A stretch of 64,000 bases of DNA, taken from Promethearchaeota archaeon. GTDB lineage: Archaea > Asgardarchaeota > Lokiarchaeia > Sigyniarchaeales > SOKP01. Under the pieces are notes generated by a model. That model worked only from the letters and a program-made list of their open reading frames with translations, did no database searches and was not told where the DNA came from. Of the stretch, positions 21,130-31,465 are shown one piece after another. The stretch spans positions 141,439-205,438 of the forward strand of contig JAHPZA010000001.1 in the NCBI GenBank assembly GCA_019058445.1, read 5' to 3'. Within the stretch, counting starts at the first letter, position 1. Every line of letters starts with the position of its first letter. The translations under genes and the position numbers were made by a program.

Positions 21130-21822
21130 ATGGGAAAAGAAAAAAAGCCTAAACTTGGAATAAAGACAGCTAGATATTATACAAAAAAATGTGATAATTG
21201 TAATTCTGAATACCCCAACTGGTTCACTAATTGTCCTAACTGTGGAAAAGCTTGGGATGAAGTAAAAGAAATACAAGATGCCAGTGGAAATCTTAAGAAA
21301 AATATAAAAATTGTTGTAAAGATCACTGAAGAGGATTTTACTGAAGCGATTAATATTGTTAAATTAATATTTAGTGCAAATCAAGGACAAAACTGGTATC
21401 AGATAAAGATGGATATGAAAATGGATTATTTCATCGCTGAGATCGCTGAAGTACCTATTGGATCAGTCATAATGTATTATATTGAAGTCAGATTGGAAAA
21501 CGGTGAGACTTTCATAGAAAATAATAATGGGCAATATTTTTTTTATAAAGTTGGTTCTACTATCGAAGAAAATGAAACAGAACCATTTGAATCTGAGGCA
21601 AACTTAATAAATGAGAATATAACAGATTCACAAATTCCCGTTCAAAATTATAAAGAAGATTTACAAACTGTTAATGATAATCAACCTGCCAGTAACAATA
21701 ATACAACTATTTTTGGAAAACCGCAGACTCAAGTTGATCCCAATTTAAAAGTATGTCCTCATTGTAATTCAAAAATAAAGAAAATGTGGAGTAAATGTCC
21801 TTTATGCGGTAAGGACGTTTAA
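21130..21822 (+). CDS. Protein with zinc ribbons at both ends and a central beta-rich domain
   Basis: CDNC..CPNC and CPHC..CPLC. Confidence 0.75.
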   Translation: MGKEKKPKLGIKTARYYTKKCDNCNSEYPNWFTNCPNCGKAWDEVKEIQDASGNLKKNIKIVVKITEEDFTEAINIVKLIFSANQGQNWYQIKMDMKMDYFIAEIAEVPIGSVIMYYIEVRLENGETFIENNNGQYFFYKVGSTIEENETEPFESEANLINENITDSQIPVQNYKEDLQTVNDNQPASNNNTTIFGKPQTQVDPNLKVCPHCNSKIKKMWSKCPLCGKDV

Positions 21823-21906
21823 GAATTCAGAATTTTTACGAAGTAAGGCTCTTTTTACTTATTCTAACCTTCTTTTACATAGAAATTTAAATTAATTTAA
21901 TAAAAA

Positions 21907-23697
21907 TTATTGTAACTTAGCACCACATTTGTTACAAAATGCATAATCTGAAGACAGCATCGCCCCGCAATATTGACAGATTAGAATGTCTTTTCGGGTG
22001 CTTCGAGTGCTTGAAGGTTCAGATTTCTCCGGAATTGAGGTTTCTGGAGAAGTATCGAATATTTCTGGTAGAGGTGCACTACTTGGAGCTTGAGCTGCGC
22101 CTTTATCAATATCTGCTACGTTAGGAATTATCCTAAGACTTGAGGTTTGTTTTTCATCAGATGGTGCTTTATCTCCAAATGGGATAAATGAGGTACCGTG
22201 AGTGGAAGCTGGCTGTTCTGTTTTTTGACTTAAAGTTTGAAATAAGGTTGGTGTATCAGATTCCCTTTTTTCAGGTTCAGCTGTTTGAAATGGCACGATT
22301 GTCTCCTGTTTTTCTTGAGGAGCTGCTTGAAATGCCATAAGAGGTTTAGTTTCTGCTTGAATTTCCTGTAGTGCTTCTTTTTTTTCTTTTTTCCCTACTT
22401 TTTGCATTTCTTCTTTAAGTTTTGCAGCTTTCTCTCTTTTTTTTTTAAGTTTCTTCTCCTTTTCTTCTTTTTTCTTCTGTTTCTCTAATTTTTTTCGTTC
22501 TTTCTTAGATATTATAGTTTCAGGCATATAATCTACAAGGAGTTCAGATACGGGTTCTGGTGTTTTAAATTCCTCTGGACCGGGTGCTGGAACTGGAATA
22601 CTTGATGTGAAAGGAATTGCTTTAGGTTTATAAGCAGGAGGTTCTGATGATACTGATACTTCAGATTTCATACCAAATTGAGTAGGGATTTCTTCTTTTT
22701 GAACTTCCTCAGATAATATTTGTTCTGGTGTTTTAAATTCAAATTCCATTGTATCTTTTGCCGTGGGTTCTAATGAGGTTGTGGGTATAGTTTCTCTTAT
22801 TGGTACCGGTTCTGGAACAGGTGGTGTTGTAAAATCAATCTCTGGCTCAGGCTCAAAGGTTTTTGCCGGTTCTGGAACAGGTGGTGCGGCAAAATCAATC
22901 TCTGGCTCGGGTTCAAAGGTTTTTGCCGGTTCTGGAACAGGTGGTGCGGCAAAATCAATCTCTGGCTCGGGTTCAAAGGTTCTTGCTGGTTCTGGAACAG
23001 ACGGTGCAATAAATTGAGTATCTGGTTTGGGTTCAAGCACAGGGGTGGAAACCTTAGCATCAGGTTGAATTCCCGAGATGAGTTCTGCAGGTGCAGTAGA
23101 TGGTGCGGAGAAAGCTTGACCTGGACTATATACAGTACCTTCAGAAATTAGTTGATCTGGAATTCCTGATCCCACCATTAAACATGCTAGGATATAGAAG
23201 CAATCTCCAACCCCTTCTCCAGTTTTAGCTGAAGTTTCCATATAATATAGATTAAATTTTTGAGTAAAACTATTAATTTCCTCATTTGATAAGGATCGTT
23301 CATCAATCAAATCGCTTTTGTTGCCAACAAGAAGTAACGGTATTTCTGTTTTGATATTTGCCCTTACTTCCTCAATCCATTGTGGTAAATGCTCAAAACT
23401 TTCATATGACGTCAAATCAAAGATTAACAAACCACCCAATGAGCCTCTGTAATACATCGGTCTAATTGAACTAAATCGCTCTTGACCACCGGTATCCCAG
23501 ATTTGTAATTTAACCTTTATAGGTCCTTCTTCTTCGGTATCTATTGATATTGTCTTTACGTGAAAATCTACGCCAATTGTCATTTTATAATCTTCCGTGA
23601 AAAACCCTTTGCTAAACCGAATTGTTAAAGCAGTTTTTCCAACTCCACCATCTCCAACGACAATACATTTAAATAGATAATCGTATTCATCAGCCAT
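21907..23697 (-). CDS. Rab-like small GTPase with long Pro/Glu-rich tail, K/E-rich segment and C-terminal zinc ribbon
   Basis: YDYLFK..GDGGVGKT, TIGVDF, WDTGGQERF, GNKSD, ETSAK; C-terminal CQYC..CNKC. Confidence 0.92.
   Translation of the reverse strand: MADEYDYLFKCIVVGDGGVGKTALTIRFSKGFFTEDYKMTIGVDFHVKTISIDTEEEGPIKVKLQIWDTGGQERFSSIRPMYYRGSLGGLLIFDLTSYESFEHLPQWIEEVRANIKTEIPLLLVGNKSDLIDERSLSNEEINSFTQKFNLYYMETSAKTGEGVGDCFYILACLMVGSGIPDQLISEGTVYSPGQAFSAPSTAPAELISGIQPDAKVSTPVLEPKPDTQFIAPSVPEPARTFEPEPEIDFAAPPVPEPAKTFEPEPEIDFAAPPVPEPAKTFEPEPEIDFTTPPVPEPVPIRETIPTTSLEPTAKDTMEFEFKTPEQILSEEVQKEEIPTQFGMKSEVSVSSEPPAYKPKAIPFTSSIPVPAPGPEEFKTPEPVSELLVDYMPETIISKKERKKLEKQKKKEEKEKKLKKKREKAAKLKEEMQKVGKKEKKEALQEIQAETKPLMAFQAAPQEKQETIVPFQTAEPEKRESDTPTLFQTLSQKTEQPASTHGTSFIPFGDKAPSDEKQTSSLRIIPNVADIDKGAAQAPSSAPLPEIFDTSPETSIPEKSEPSSTRSTRKDILICQYCGAMLSSDYAFCNKCGAKLQ
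22806..23010. repeat. In-frame 60 bp tandem repeat (~3.4 copies) encoding PVPEPAKTFEPEPEIDFAAP
   Basis: Units begin at 22806, 22866, 22926 and 22986 (partial). Confidence 0.95.
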
Positions 23698-23938
23698 TAA
23701 ATGTCCACTATAAAAATTTTATTTCATAAAATTAATTCAAACTATATAAGTTACAACTATTAATATAAATATATATTTTTATTTTTACCGTTAAATTATT
23801 ATTTGATGAAGATAAGCCTAAGAAATTTATACAAAATAATGAAATTGTAAGAAAATGAAAACTCTTTAATGTAGAGAAATTTTATTTTCCCTAGTAAAGT
23901 AATCTTAGCGTAATTTAGTAAATATAATTCAAAAGAAA

Positions 23939-25285
23939 GTGATATTCTTGTTAAAAAAAAGAGATGAACCCTATCTCCAAATCGCTCTAGATTTAATAAA
24001 TAAACACAGAGCTTTACAAATAGCAGAGGAAGGCGTCAATGGAGGTGTAGATTGGATAGAAGCGGGAACACCGCTTATTAAATCTGAAGGTATGGATATT
24101 TTAAGAGTTTTACATAAAAAATTTCCAAATAAAGTATTAGTTGCTGATATGAAGACGGTTGATGGGGGATCGATTGAAATTGAAATTGCAGCAAAATCAG
24201 GTGCTAACATAGTATTAATGCTAGGGGGGAGTGATAATGCTTCTGTTACAGAAGCAGTTGAAGCTGCTGAAAAATATGGAGTGATGTTAGGTTGCGATAC
24301 TATTGATATAATCCCTGAGAGACTTGTAGAGAGAGCTTTAGAGTTGGAGGAATTAGGGGTAAATATGATATGTTCTCACGTAGGGGTAGATCAACAAGTA
24401 ATATATGGGGGTGAGAAAACCCTCGAGGTGGCAAAAAAATTAAAGGAAAAATTAAAACCAACAACTTGGTTAGCAATAGCTGGAGGTATTAATAGTGAAA
24501 CGGCTGCGATAGCTAAGGAAATTGGAGTTGATGTCATAATAGTAGGAGGAGCACTTTACAAATCTCAAAGCCCTGAAGATTCGGCGAGAAAAATAAAAGA
24601 AGCCATAAAACTTGCTAAACCTTTAGAAACCAGCTTATTTAAAAAATATGATGAGGCCCATATTCGTGAAGCTTTAATGAAAGTTTCAACACCTAATATA
24701 TCTGATGCCATGCATCGTTCAGGAGAATTAAAAGGTTTAAAGCCTGTGTGGATTGGAACCGAGGATTATCCATTGAAATTCGCGGGTACCGCCTATACAG
24801 TTAGAGCTTACAATGGAGATTGGAGTAAGCCAGTGGAAGCGATAGAAGAAGCAAGTAAAGGTGATGTAATAGTAATTGATGCTTGTGAAGGAAAGGACGC
24901 AGTATGGGGTGAATTAGCATCATGGAGTTGCAAAGTTAAAGGTATTGAAGCCGTTATAATTGATGGCGCAGTGAGGGATATTGACGATATAAGAAAAATA
25001 AAATTCCCCGCTTTTGCCCGTTATTTTACACCAACTGCTGGCGAGCCTAGAGGTTTGGGGGAAACAAATGTGAGTATTGTATGTGCGGGTCAACATATAA
25101 ATCCTGGAGATTGGATAGTTGGAGATGATTCTGGTGTTGTAGTGATTCCTAAGAAAAAAGCACAAGAAATGGCAAATAGGGGGATTGATGTAATGGAAAA
25201 AGAGAATCGAATTCGTGAAGAAATAAAGCGAGGATCTACGCTTTCTGAAGTTATGTATCTTAAAAAATGGGAGAAACAAAAATAA
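23939..25285 (+). CDS. hxlA: 3-hexulose-6-phosphate synthase fused to an RraA/HMG-aldolase-like domain
   Basis: LQIALD, IEAGTPLIK, ADMKT; C-terminal AVWGEL..DGAVRD..PGDWIVGDDSGVV. Confidence 0.88.
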   Translation: MIFLLKKRDEPYLQIALDLINKHRALQIAEEGVNGGVDWIEAGTPLIKSEGMDILRVLHKKFPNKVLVADMKTVDGGSIEIEIAAKSGANIVLMLGGSDNASVTEAVEAAEKYGVMLGCDTIDIIPERLVERALELEELGVNMICSHVGVDQQVIYGGEKTLEVAKKLKEKLKPTTWLAIAGGINSETAAIAKEIGVDVIIVGGALYKSQSPEDSARKIKEAIKLAKPLETSLFKKYDEAHIREALMKVSTPNISDAMHRSGELKGLKPVWIGTEDYPLKFAGTAYTVRAYNGDWSKPVEAIEEASKGDVIVIDACEGKDAVWGELASWSCKVKGIEAVIIDGAVRDIDDIRKIKFPAFARYFTPTAGEPRGLGETNVSIVCAGQHINPGDWIVGDDSGVVVIPKKKAQEMANRGIDVMEKENRIREEIKRGSTLSEVMYLKKWEKQK

Positions 25286-25330
25286 ATGATATTCCCTTAT
25301 TCTTTAACAATTATTTTATTTTAAAAGTTA

Positions 25331-25428
25331 AGCCAGAGGTGAGATTTGAACTCACGATAATCAACTCTGCAGGCTGACGCTATCGGCATTTTTTTAAAAA
25401 AAATTCGACCGGGCTAAGCGACTCTGGC
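25331..25428 (-). tRNA. tRNA-Cys(GCA) with a 24 nt non-canonical D-arm intron (~25382-25405)
   Basis: Acceptor GCCAGAG/CTCTGGC, anticodon arm TCAGC-CTGCAGA-GTTGA, T-arm GTGAG-TTCAAAT-CTCAC; BHB-like motif around the insert. Confidence 0.92.
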
Positions 25429-25500
25429 ATAAAATATCTAAACTAAAAAATAAAGATATAGATATAATAATTAAGATTAAATTTTAATTTTTTGTTTAAT

Positions 25501-26445
25501 TCAATTAAAAGTAGATTTTAATTGGTCATGAAATTTATTTAATTCGACTTTCATCTCATTGATGCTTTTAAATGGGACGGAAATTCCTAAATAAAAGATA
25601 TTTCTTCCATTTTGTAATTGTATCTCATATTTTTTAACATATTCTATATTTTCCTTGACAAATGACAATCTTTCATCTATTGCTACTTGGTTATCAGTTA
25701 GTCTTTGAAAAAATTCCAAATCCTCGTTAATCTTATTGCTTATTAGTTCTTCGAAATCTCTTGAATCCATAGATTCATTATAATAATCTGAAATGATTAA
25801 ACCGGTATCAGTATATAAAATTGCATGATTACAATGAAAATCTTGCACAATATTTCTTAATTTATCATTAATAGTTACCAAATTTAGCAATTTATTTAGT
25901 GAATAGGAAATCGCTTTTGACAAGGATGATATATCATAGATAGAAGTCTTAAAAAATTTAAATTTCATATCTTTATTTTGACTTAATATGAGATTTTGAA
26001 TCATGTCGATTCTATCAATGAATTCTTCATTGGTTTTATATTTTGGATCATATTTATTAAAGCATATAAGAATTTCATTAGAATAATCCATATTTCTATA
26101 AATATCTAAAAGTTCATGCAGATATCTTACTGATGCTTCAAATTTTAGCTCATCCTGGATATCGATAAGGTAATATAAGTAATTGGTTTCTGTGAAATAA
26201 ATGGGATTATTGACATAAATCTTTCGATATTTAGCTTGTCCTCCCATATCCCACAAATTTATAGTCCAGTTGTTTAAAAAATCAAAAGAATTATAATCGA
26301 TTTTTATCGTTGGTTTTAAATTTCTCACTTTTTCGTAAAAGTTATATTTTTTTCTTAAGGCTATTAAAGCACTCGTTTTTCCTGCATTATCTAGGCCACT
26401 TATTACTATTTTTATGTCTTCCATTTTTACCGAATTATCTGCCAT
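25501..26445 (-). CDS. Arf/Rag-like small GTPase with C-terminal roadblock/longin-like domain
   Basis: GLDNAGKT, WDMGGQ, NKYD; C-terminal HAILYTDTGLIISD. Confidence 0.82.
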   Translation of the reverse strand: MADNSVKMEDIKIVISGLDNAGKTSALIALRKKYNFYEKVRNLKPTIKIDYNSFDFLNNWTINLWDMGGQAKYRKIYVNNPIYFTETNYLYYLIDIQDELKFEASVRYLHELLDIYRNMDYSNEILICFNKYDPKYKTNEEFIDRIDMIQNLILSQNKDMKFKFFKTSIYDISSLSKAISYSLNKLLNLVTINDKLRNIVQDFHCNHAILYTDTGLIISDYYNESMDSRDFEELISNKINEDLEFFQRLTDNQVAIDERLSFVKENIEYVKKYEIQLQNGRNIFYLGISVPFKSINEMKVELNKFHDQLKSTFN

Positions 26446-26683
26446 TTTCGAGATTTAGTCAAGACTTTTTTTTTCTAAAGGAACATATGATTGTATAAAT
26501 AGTTTAAGTTTTTTTATTTAATTTTTAGTATTTCTCAAAATAGAGTTTAAAGAGAAACAATGTGGAAAAAAAAAAGGGTAATATAATATGGAAGTTATAA
26601 GTTTATAAAGAATTGAGATCTAAAATTTAAAAAAACAAAGAAAAATAATTAATAGTATAGATGAATAAATAAAGAGGATAAAT

Positions 26684-27712
26684 ATGGATTCAAAAGAGAT
26701 AGATTTTTATTCGCTTGGTTTTAACTTTATTGAAACCAAAACTATGTTCGTTACAGATTATAAAGACGGTAAATGGACTGAGGGCAAGTTGGTTCCTTTT
26801 GGACCTTTCGAGATTTCACCAGGAGCTTGTGTATTAAACTATGGGCAAGGTATTTTTGAAGGTATGAAAGCTTTAAGAGCAAAAACAGGTCAAATTACAT
26901 TATTTAGACCAGAAGAGAATGGAAAAAGGTTTAAAGATAGCGCAGAGAGAATGTTAATGCCTACTTATGACGAGAATAAATTTGTGCAAGCAGTAAAGAA
27001 AGTAGTAAAAGCTAATGAAGAATATATACCCCCTTATGATAGTGGTGGAGCTTTGTATATTCGACCGTTAATGATCGGAAATGGACCAATTTTGGGTGTT
27101 GCTCCAGCTAATGAATATAAGTTCATAATTTTTACTGTTCCCGTAGGCCCATATTTCCCAGAAGGTTTTAAAGCAATCGATCTTGAGATTTCTAAGAAAT
27201 ATACTCGAGCGGCTCCTGGAGGAACTGGCTTTGCAAAAACATGCTGTAATTATGCACCAACAATGAAACCGGCGAAAGAGACAAAAGCCAAAGGATTTGC
27301 TCAAGTTATTTATTTAGACGCCGTAGAAAGAGAATATATTGATGAGGTGGGGACTGCCAATTTTTTTGCGATTATAAATGGAAAACTTGCTTCACCTAAA
27401 GCAGCAGGAACGATACTACCGGGAATTACGCGTAAATCAGTATTAGAAATAGCTGAAAAGAAACTTAACCTGACAGTTGAAGAGAGAGACATCTCTTATA
27501 AAGAATTATTTGAGGAGAGTTGTACTGAAGTATTTTGTACTGGAACAGCTGCGGTTATTACACCAATAGGTTCAGTAGTATTAGAAGACAAGAAACGAGT
27601 ATTTAATAATGGTGAACCTGGAAAATTAACCAAAAAACTCTACGATCTCTTAACTGGTATTCAGCGATTAGAAATTGAAGACGAATTTGGATGGGTTACA
27701 GTATTAGAATAA
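26684..27712 (+). CDS. ilvE: Branched-chain amino acid aminotransferase
   Basis: LNYGQGIFEG, LYIRP, ILPGITR, GTAAVITP. Confidence 0.95.
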   Translation: MDSKEIDFYSLGFNFIETKTMFVTDYKDGKWTEGKLVPFGPFEISPGACVLNYGQGIFEGMKALRAKTGQITLFRPEENGKRFKDSAERMLMPTYDENKFVQAVKKVVKANEEYIPPYDSGGALYIRPLMIGNGPILGVAPANEYKFIIFTVPVGPYFPEGFKAIDLEISKKYTRAAPGGTGFAKTCCNYAPTMKPAKETKAKGFAQVIYLDAVEREYIDEVGTANFFAIINGKLASPKAAGTILPGITRKSVLEIAEKKLNLTVEERDISYKELFEESCTEVFCTGTAAVITPIGSVVLEDKKRVFNNGEPGKLTKKLYDLLTGIQRLEIEDEFGWVTVLE

Positions 27713-27901
27713 GTGTATTTTTTATAATCTTTTATTTTCTTTATTATTGGTTTACTTCTTTTACGTATTATAAATTAAAATTTATTCCTTAGTTTTTAAT
27801 TAACAATTAACTTAATTTGGAGTTAACCATATTCAATTATAATACCTTGTAAGGATAGGGGATACAATTATAAGTAAAAACATATTTAAATAGGAAATTT
27901 T

Positions 27902-29332
27902 ATGGATATTGCTATTATAAACACTTGGTTAATAACTTTTGAAGGAAAAGGTTTAGGAATAATTCAGAACGGGGGTATCGGAGTAGAAAATGAGAAAATT
28001 AGCTTTGTAGGTAAAATGGAAGATTTTAACTCATATAAAAAAGCTGATTTGATAATCGAAGGAAATAATACTCATGTTACAATGCCTGGATTGATTAATG
28101 GTCATACACATTCTGCTTTAACACTATGTCGTGGGACTGCTAATGATTTACCTGAAATAGAATATATCCCAAAGGGACTTGGTATATTTGCTAGTCATTT
28201 AAAAGCTGAGGATATTATTCTGGGAACTAAACTTGCTGTCTTAGAAGGTTTAAAAACCGGGACGACGACATTTACAGAATATGGAATAGGTTTATTAGAT
28301 ATTGTTAAGAAAGTCTTCTTACCGTTTAAAGCTCGAGTTGTGGCTACAGAAATGATAAGTGAATTAAACTTTAATGAAGAAAAAAAGCCAAATGAGCTTT
28401 ATACTTTTTATAAGTATTTAGGAACAAATGCATTTAAGCGTGCTATTAGATTATACAAGGAATTCAAAAATAACGATCTTATTTCTGTGATGTATGGTCC
28501 AAATGCGTTGGATATGGTTTCAATGGAAATGATAAAAAATGTCAAGAATCAAGCAGCTGTAGATGGAACAAAAATACATATGCACATTGCACAGGGAGGG
28601 AGGGAACGCGTTCAAATTACAAAGCGTTATGGAAAAAATATGACTGCCATAAAATTACTTAAGAAAAATGGTTTATTAGATCCAAGACTTATAGCAGCTC
28701 ATATTCATGATACTACTGAAGCGGAGAGAGAACAGTTGGTAAAAAAAGGAGTTAAAATGGTGGGCTGTCCTAGCTCAATTTCCAAAATTGACGGAATGAT
28801 TCCTCCTTTAGCCAGTTATATTAAATTAGGAGGAAATGCTGCTTTAGGTACCGATGAAGCTCCAGGAACCGGGCATCATAATTTATTTAACGAGATAAAA
28901 ATGGCTAGTATTTTATCTAAAGTCGCCTTTAAAGATCCCACTGCGATGCCGCCATGGGAATCCATGAAATTGGCAACAATTTCAGGTGCCAACGTACTCG
29001 GACTTGGAACTGAAATTGGGAGTCTAAGTGTGGGAAAAAATGCTGATATTATAACTATTAACTTGCATCATGCTCATTTAACACCTATCATTCATAAACC
29101 GTTTATCAATTTGATCGCAAACTTAGTTTATTCAAGTAAAGGAAACGAAGTAGATAATGTTATCATCGCAGGAAAACCTATTATTATTCATGGCAAATTT
29201 CGTGAGATAGATGAGGATTTAATTGTTAATAAAGCAAATAAACGTGCTCAAGATCTTTTTGAAAATATCTCAGAAGATTGGGAAAAAGCAGGTTCAAAAA
29301 TGGTTTCCTATCATAAGCAGGGGTACATATAA
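27902..29332 (+). CDS. Amidohydrolase (MTA/SAH deaminase-like)
   Basis: PGLINGHTH, HMH, LGTD motifs. Confidence 0.88.
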   Translation: MDIAIINTWLITFEGKGLGIIQNGGIGVENEKISFVGKMEDFNSYKKADLIIEGNNTHVTMPGLINGHTHSALTLCRGTANDLPEIEYIPKGLGIFASHLKAEDIILGTKLAVLEGLKTGTTTFTEYGIGLLDIVKKVFLPFKARVVATEMISELNFNEEKKPNELYTFYKYLGTNAFKRAIRLYKEFKNNDLISVMYGPNALDMVSMEMIKNVKNQAAVDGTKIHMHIAQGGRERVQITKRYGKNMTAIKLLKKNGLLDPRLIAAHIHDTTEAEREQLVKKGVKMVGCPSSISKIDGMIPPLASYIKLGGNAALGTDEAPGTGHHNLFNEIKMASILSKVAFKDPTAMPPWESMKLATISGANVLGLGTEIGSLSVGKNADIITINLHHAHLTPIIHKPFINLIANLVYSSKGNEVDNVIIAGKPIIIHGKFREIDEDLIVNKANKRAQDLFENISEDWEKAGSKMVSYHKQGYI

Positions 29333-29348
29333 TACATCCTTCCGCTTT

Positions 29349-29618
29349 TTAACCCCATTCACTTTTATATCCTGTTCCGCCTTGAGGCCAATTAAAGTTA
29401 ATTGCTCCTTCTACACAGACATACCAGCATGAGGCGCATTCCATGCATGTCTCGAGACTTTTTATGTGAGCTTTCTGGCTTATTATCTCAAAACAGCTCC
29501 CCAAACAAACTTTTATGCAGTTTGCACAACCGGTACATTTTTCATCGTTTATCTTTATAAAATCACCAGTACCTTCTACCCATTCTACACCTGGGAATTT
29601 ATCGGATGTCCTAACCAT
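29349..29618 (-). CDS. 4Fe-4S ferredoxin (FixX-like)
   Basis: Two CxxCxxCxxxC motifs; likely ATG at 29618 overlaps the upstream oxidoreductase. Confidence 0.88.
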   Translation of the reverse strand: MVRTSDKFPGVEWVEGTGDFIKINDEKCTGCANCIKVCLGSCFEIISQKAHIKSLETCMECASCWYVCVEGAINFNWPQGGTGYKSEWG

Positions 29619-31290
29619 GTACAGCACCTCTCTTATAATCTGGAACCTTAAAAATTTCTGGATCGGCCTTTTTAACAAACTCAATCAACCTTTTACTTAA
29701 TTTTTCTGAAATAGGGTCCATTAAACTCACTAGTTTTAGAAGTCTTGGTTCCATCTTGGGAAGTTTTTTACTAAGATAAGAGTTTGCATTGTCAGCTAAA
29801 TTGATTAAGGTTTTTGTATATAATTTTTTGAACACACTAAATAATTTTACCCATAAATTGATTAATTTTAAACCAGTAAGAAATAAAGATTGTTTAAATA
29901 GGGGTCTATGGTGTGTTTTCTCTTGATATGTCTTTGTTTTGAAATCATAAATCCAATTCTGGTAATATCTGAAGTACATTTTCATCCATTTCGTAAGAAT
30001 AGTGGGATCATCTCTTATAAATAAGAAAGCTAATCTTAGAAATGGAGTTGTAAAATAAGTAAGAGATCCAAGCCCCCATCCATCATGTATATATTTTTTA
30101 AGTTTCTCCTCATCATGTTCCCTTTGTGCTATCCGAAGATTATATCTATTTTTCGCCGATATGGACCATTGAATTATGGGATGTTTTTTTATTTTTTCAT
30201 TATATTTACTTAAAAATGATTTAGAAGTATCATTTGCTCGAATCGCTTTAATGGCAATTTCCGCGGCAATTTCTGCGGAAAACCATGCTGCGGGAACTCC
30301 ATCGCATAATTCAGTACCCTCAAGTCCCGCTACATCACCGATTAAAATCATTCCATTCGTATAATTTGGATAGTTCCTTAATGTACTATTAAGACCAACA
30401 TATATTTCAAATCCTTCCCACATCCTTGCTCTTAGTTTTATACGGGGAGCAACCAAATTTTTCCACCATGGTAGTTTAGATGTGATATTCTTATGATACT
30501 CGTCAAAAAGTTTTTTCAGATTTGGTACGATTTTTTGATCGGTTCGTAAACATTGGTCTTGCATAAAATGAAGGCTATTCCTATAGGGCCAAACCATAAG
30601 ACCATTTCCGTAACCCAGTGGGGGTGCAATTTTTTGTTCATCCCAACCCCAACACATTTTCACAGTATACCCGAAAATTTTATCTATATTTTCTTTAGCC
30701 ATTTCATAGTCGTAAGTGTCTGCCAATGAAATTGTTTCTGGAGGATATTTTTCTCTAACACCGGCTTTTATAGCTAATAACCCTTGACTACCTTCGGCGT
30801 CAATGACAATCTTAGATCTTATTTGTTCTCCCTTATCCGTTATAACTCCCTTAATAAAACCTTCTTCTTTTATAAAATCTACTACCGTAGTGGAAGTTTT
30901 CAACGTCGCTCCCGCCTGTATAGCTTTTTTAGCTTCCCATTGACAGAAAGGTTTGCAGTAAGTATTATACCCAAATGCAACTATCGGGGATAACGGTTTT
31001 GGGACTCTAAGAGAATCATCTATATCTATAATTCCGTTTTCAATATCCTTAATAATATAATTAATAATTCCGTCAGAGGGCCTTTCAAAGGGGGGATTTC
31101 CATCTCTAATGAATGCGGGACCGAATATAAAGCCGTAAAATGGTATTGTCAATCCGGATATTACTTTATCCCCCACATTTTCCGATCTTTCAATCAATAA
31201 GGTCTTTAAACCTGCATCAGCACATAGTTTAGCGGCAACTGGTCCTCCAAATCCCGCTCCTACAACAATGATATCATATTCTTTATTCAT
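29611..31290 (-). CDS. FAD-dependent oxidoreductase (FixC/geranylgeranyl reductase family)
   Basis: VVGAGFGG, DAEG and IGDVAG motifs; coupled ferredoxin. Confidence 0.85.
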   Translation of the reverse strand: MNKEYDIIVVGAGFGGPVAAKLCADAGLKTLLIERSENVGDKVISGLTIPFYGFIFGPAFIRDGNPPFERPSDGIINYIIKDIENGIIDIDDSLRVPKPLSPIVAFGYNTYCKPFCQWEAKKAIQAGATLKTSTTVVDFIKEEGFIKGVITDKGEQIRSKIVIDAEGSQGLLAIKAGVREKYPPETISLADTYDYEMAKENIDKIFGYTVKMCWGWDEQKIAPPLGYGNGLMVWPYRNSLHFMQDQCLRTDQKIVPNLKKLFDEYHKNITSKLPWWKNLVAPRIKLRARMWEGFEIYVGLNSTLRNYPNYTNGMILIGDVAGLEGTELCDGVPAAWFSAEIAAEIAIKAIRANDTSKSFLSKYNEKIKKHPIIQWSISAKNRYNLRIAQREHDEEKLKKYIHDGWGLGSLTYFTTPFLRLAFLFIRDDPTILTKWMKMYFRYYQNWIYDFKTKTYQEKTHHRPLFKQSLFLTGLKLINLWVKLFSVFKKLYTKTLINLADNANSYLSKKLPKMEPRLLKLVSLMDPISEKLSKRLIEFVKKADPEIFKVPDYKRGAVHG

Positions 31291-31465
31291 GGTATTGCAT
31301 TCTTCATTATCTAAATTATATAGAATTTAATTGTTTTCTTATATAAAATGTATCTTTAAATTATCAATTTCTAGAGTAAAACGGTTAAACTTCAAAAATT
31401 AAAGTTAAAATACAAATAATAAGAATTTCAATACTATCTGGCTTAAGTACTCATTTCTCTTGTAT

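Noticed and set aside
22806-23010. Regular repeats resembling a CRISPR array
   Set aside because: They are contiguous in-frame 60 bp coding repeats without unique spacers, and no cas genes are present.
25331-25428. tRNA as an integration site
   Set aside because: No duplicated tRNA 3' end or integrase was found in the window.
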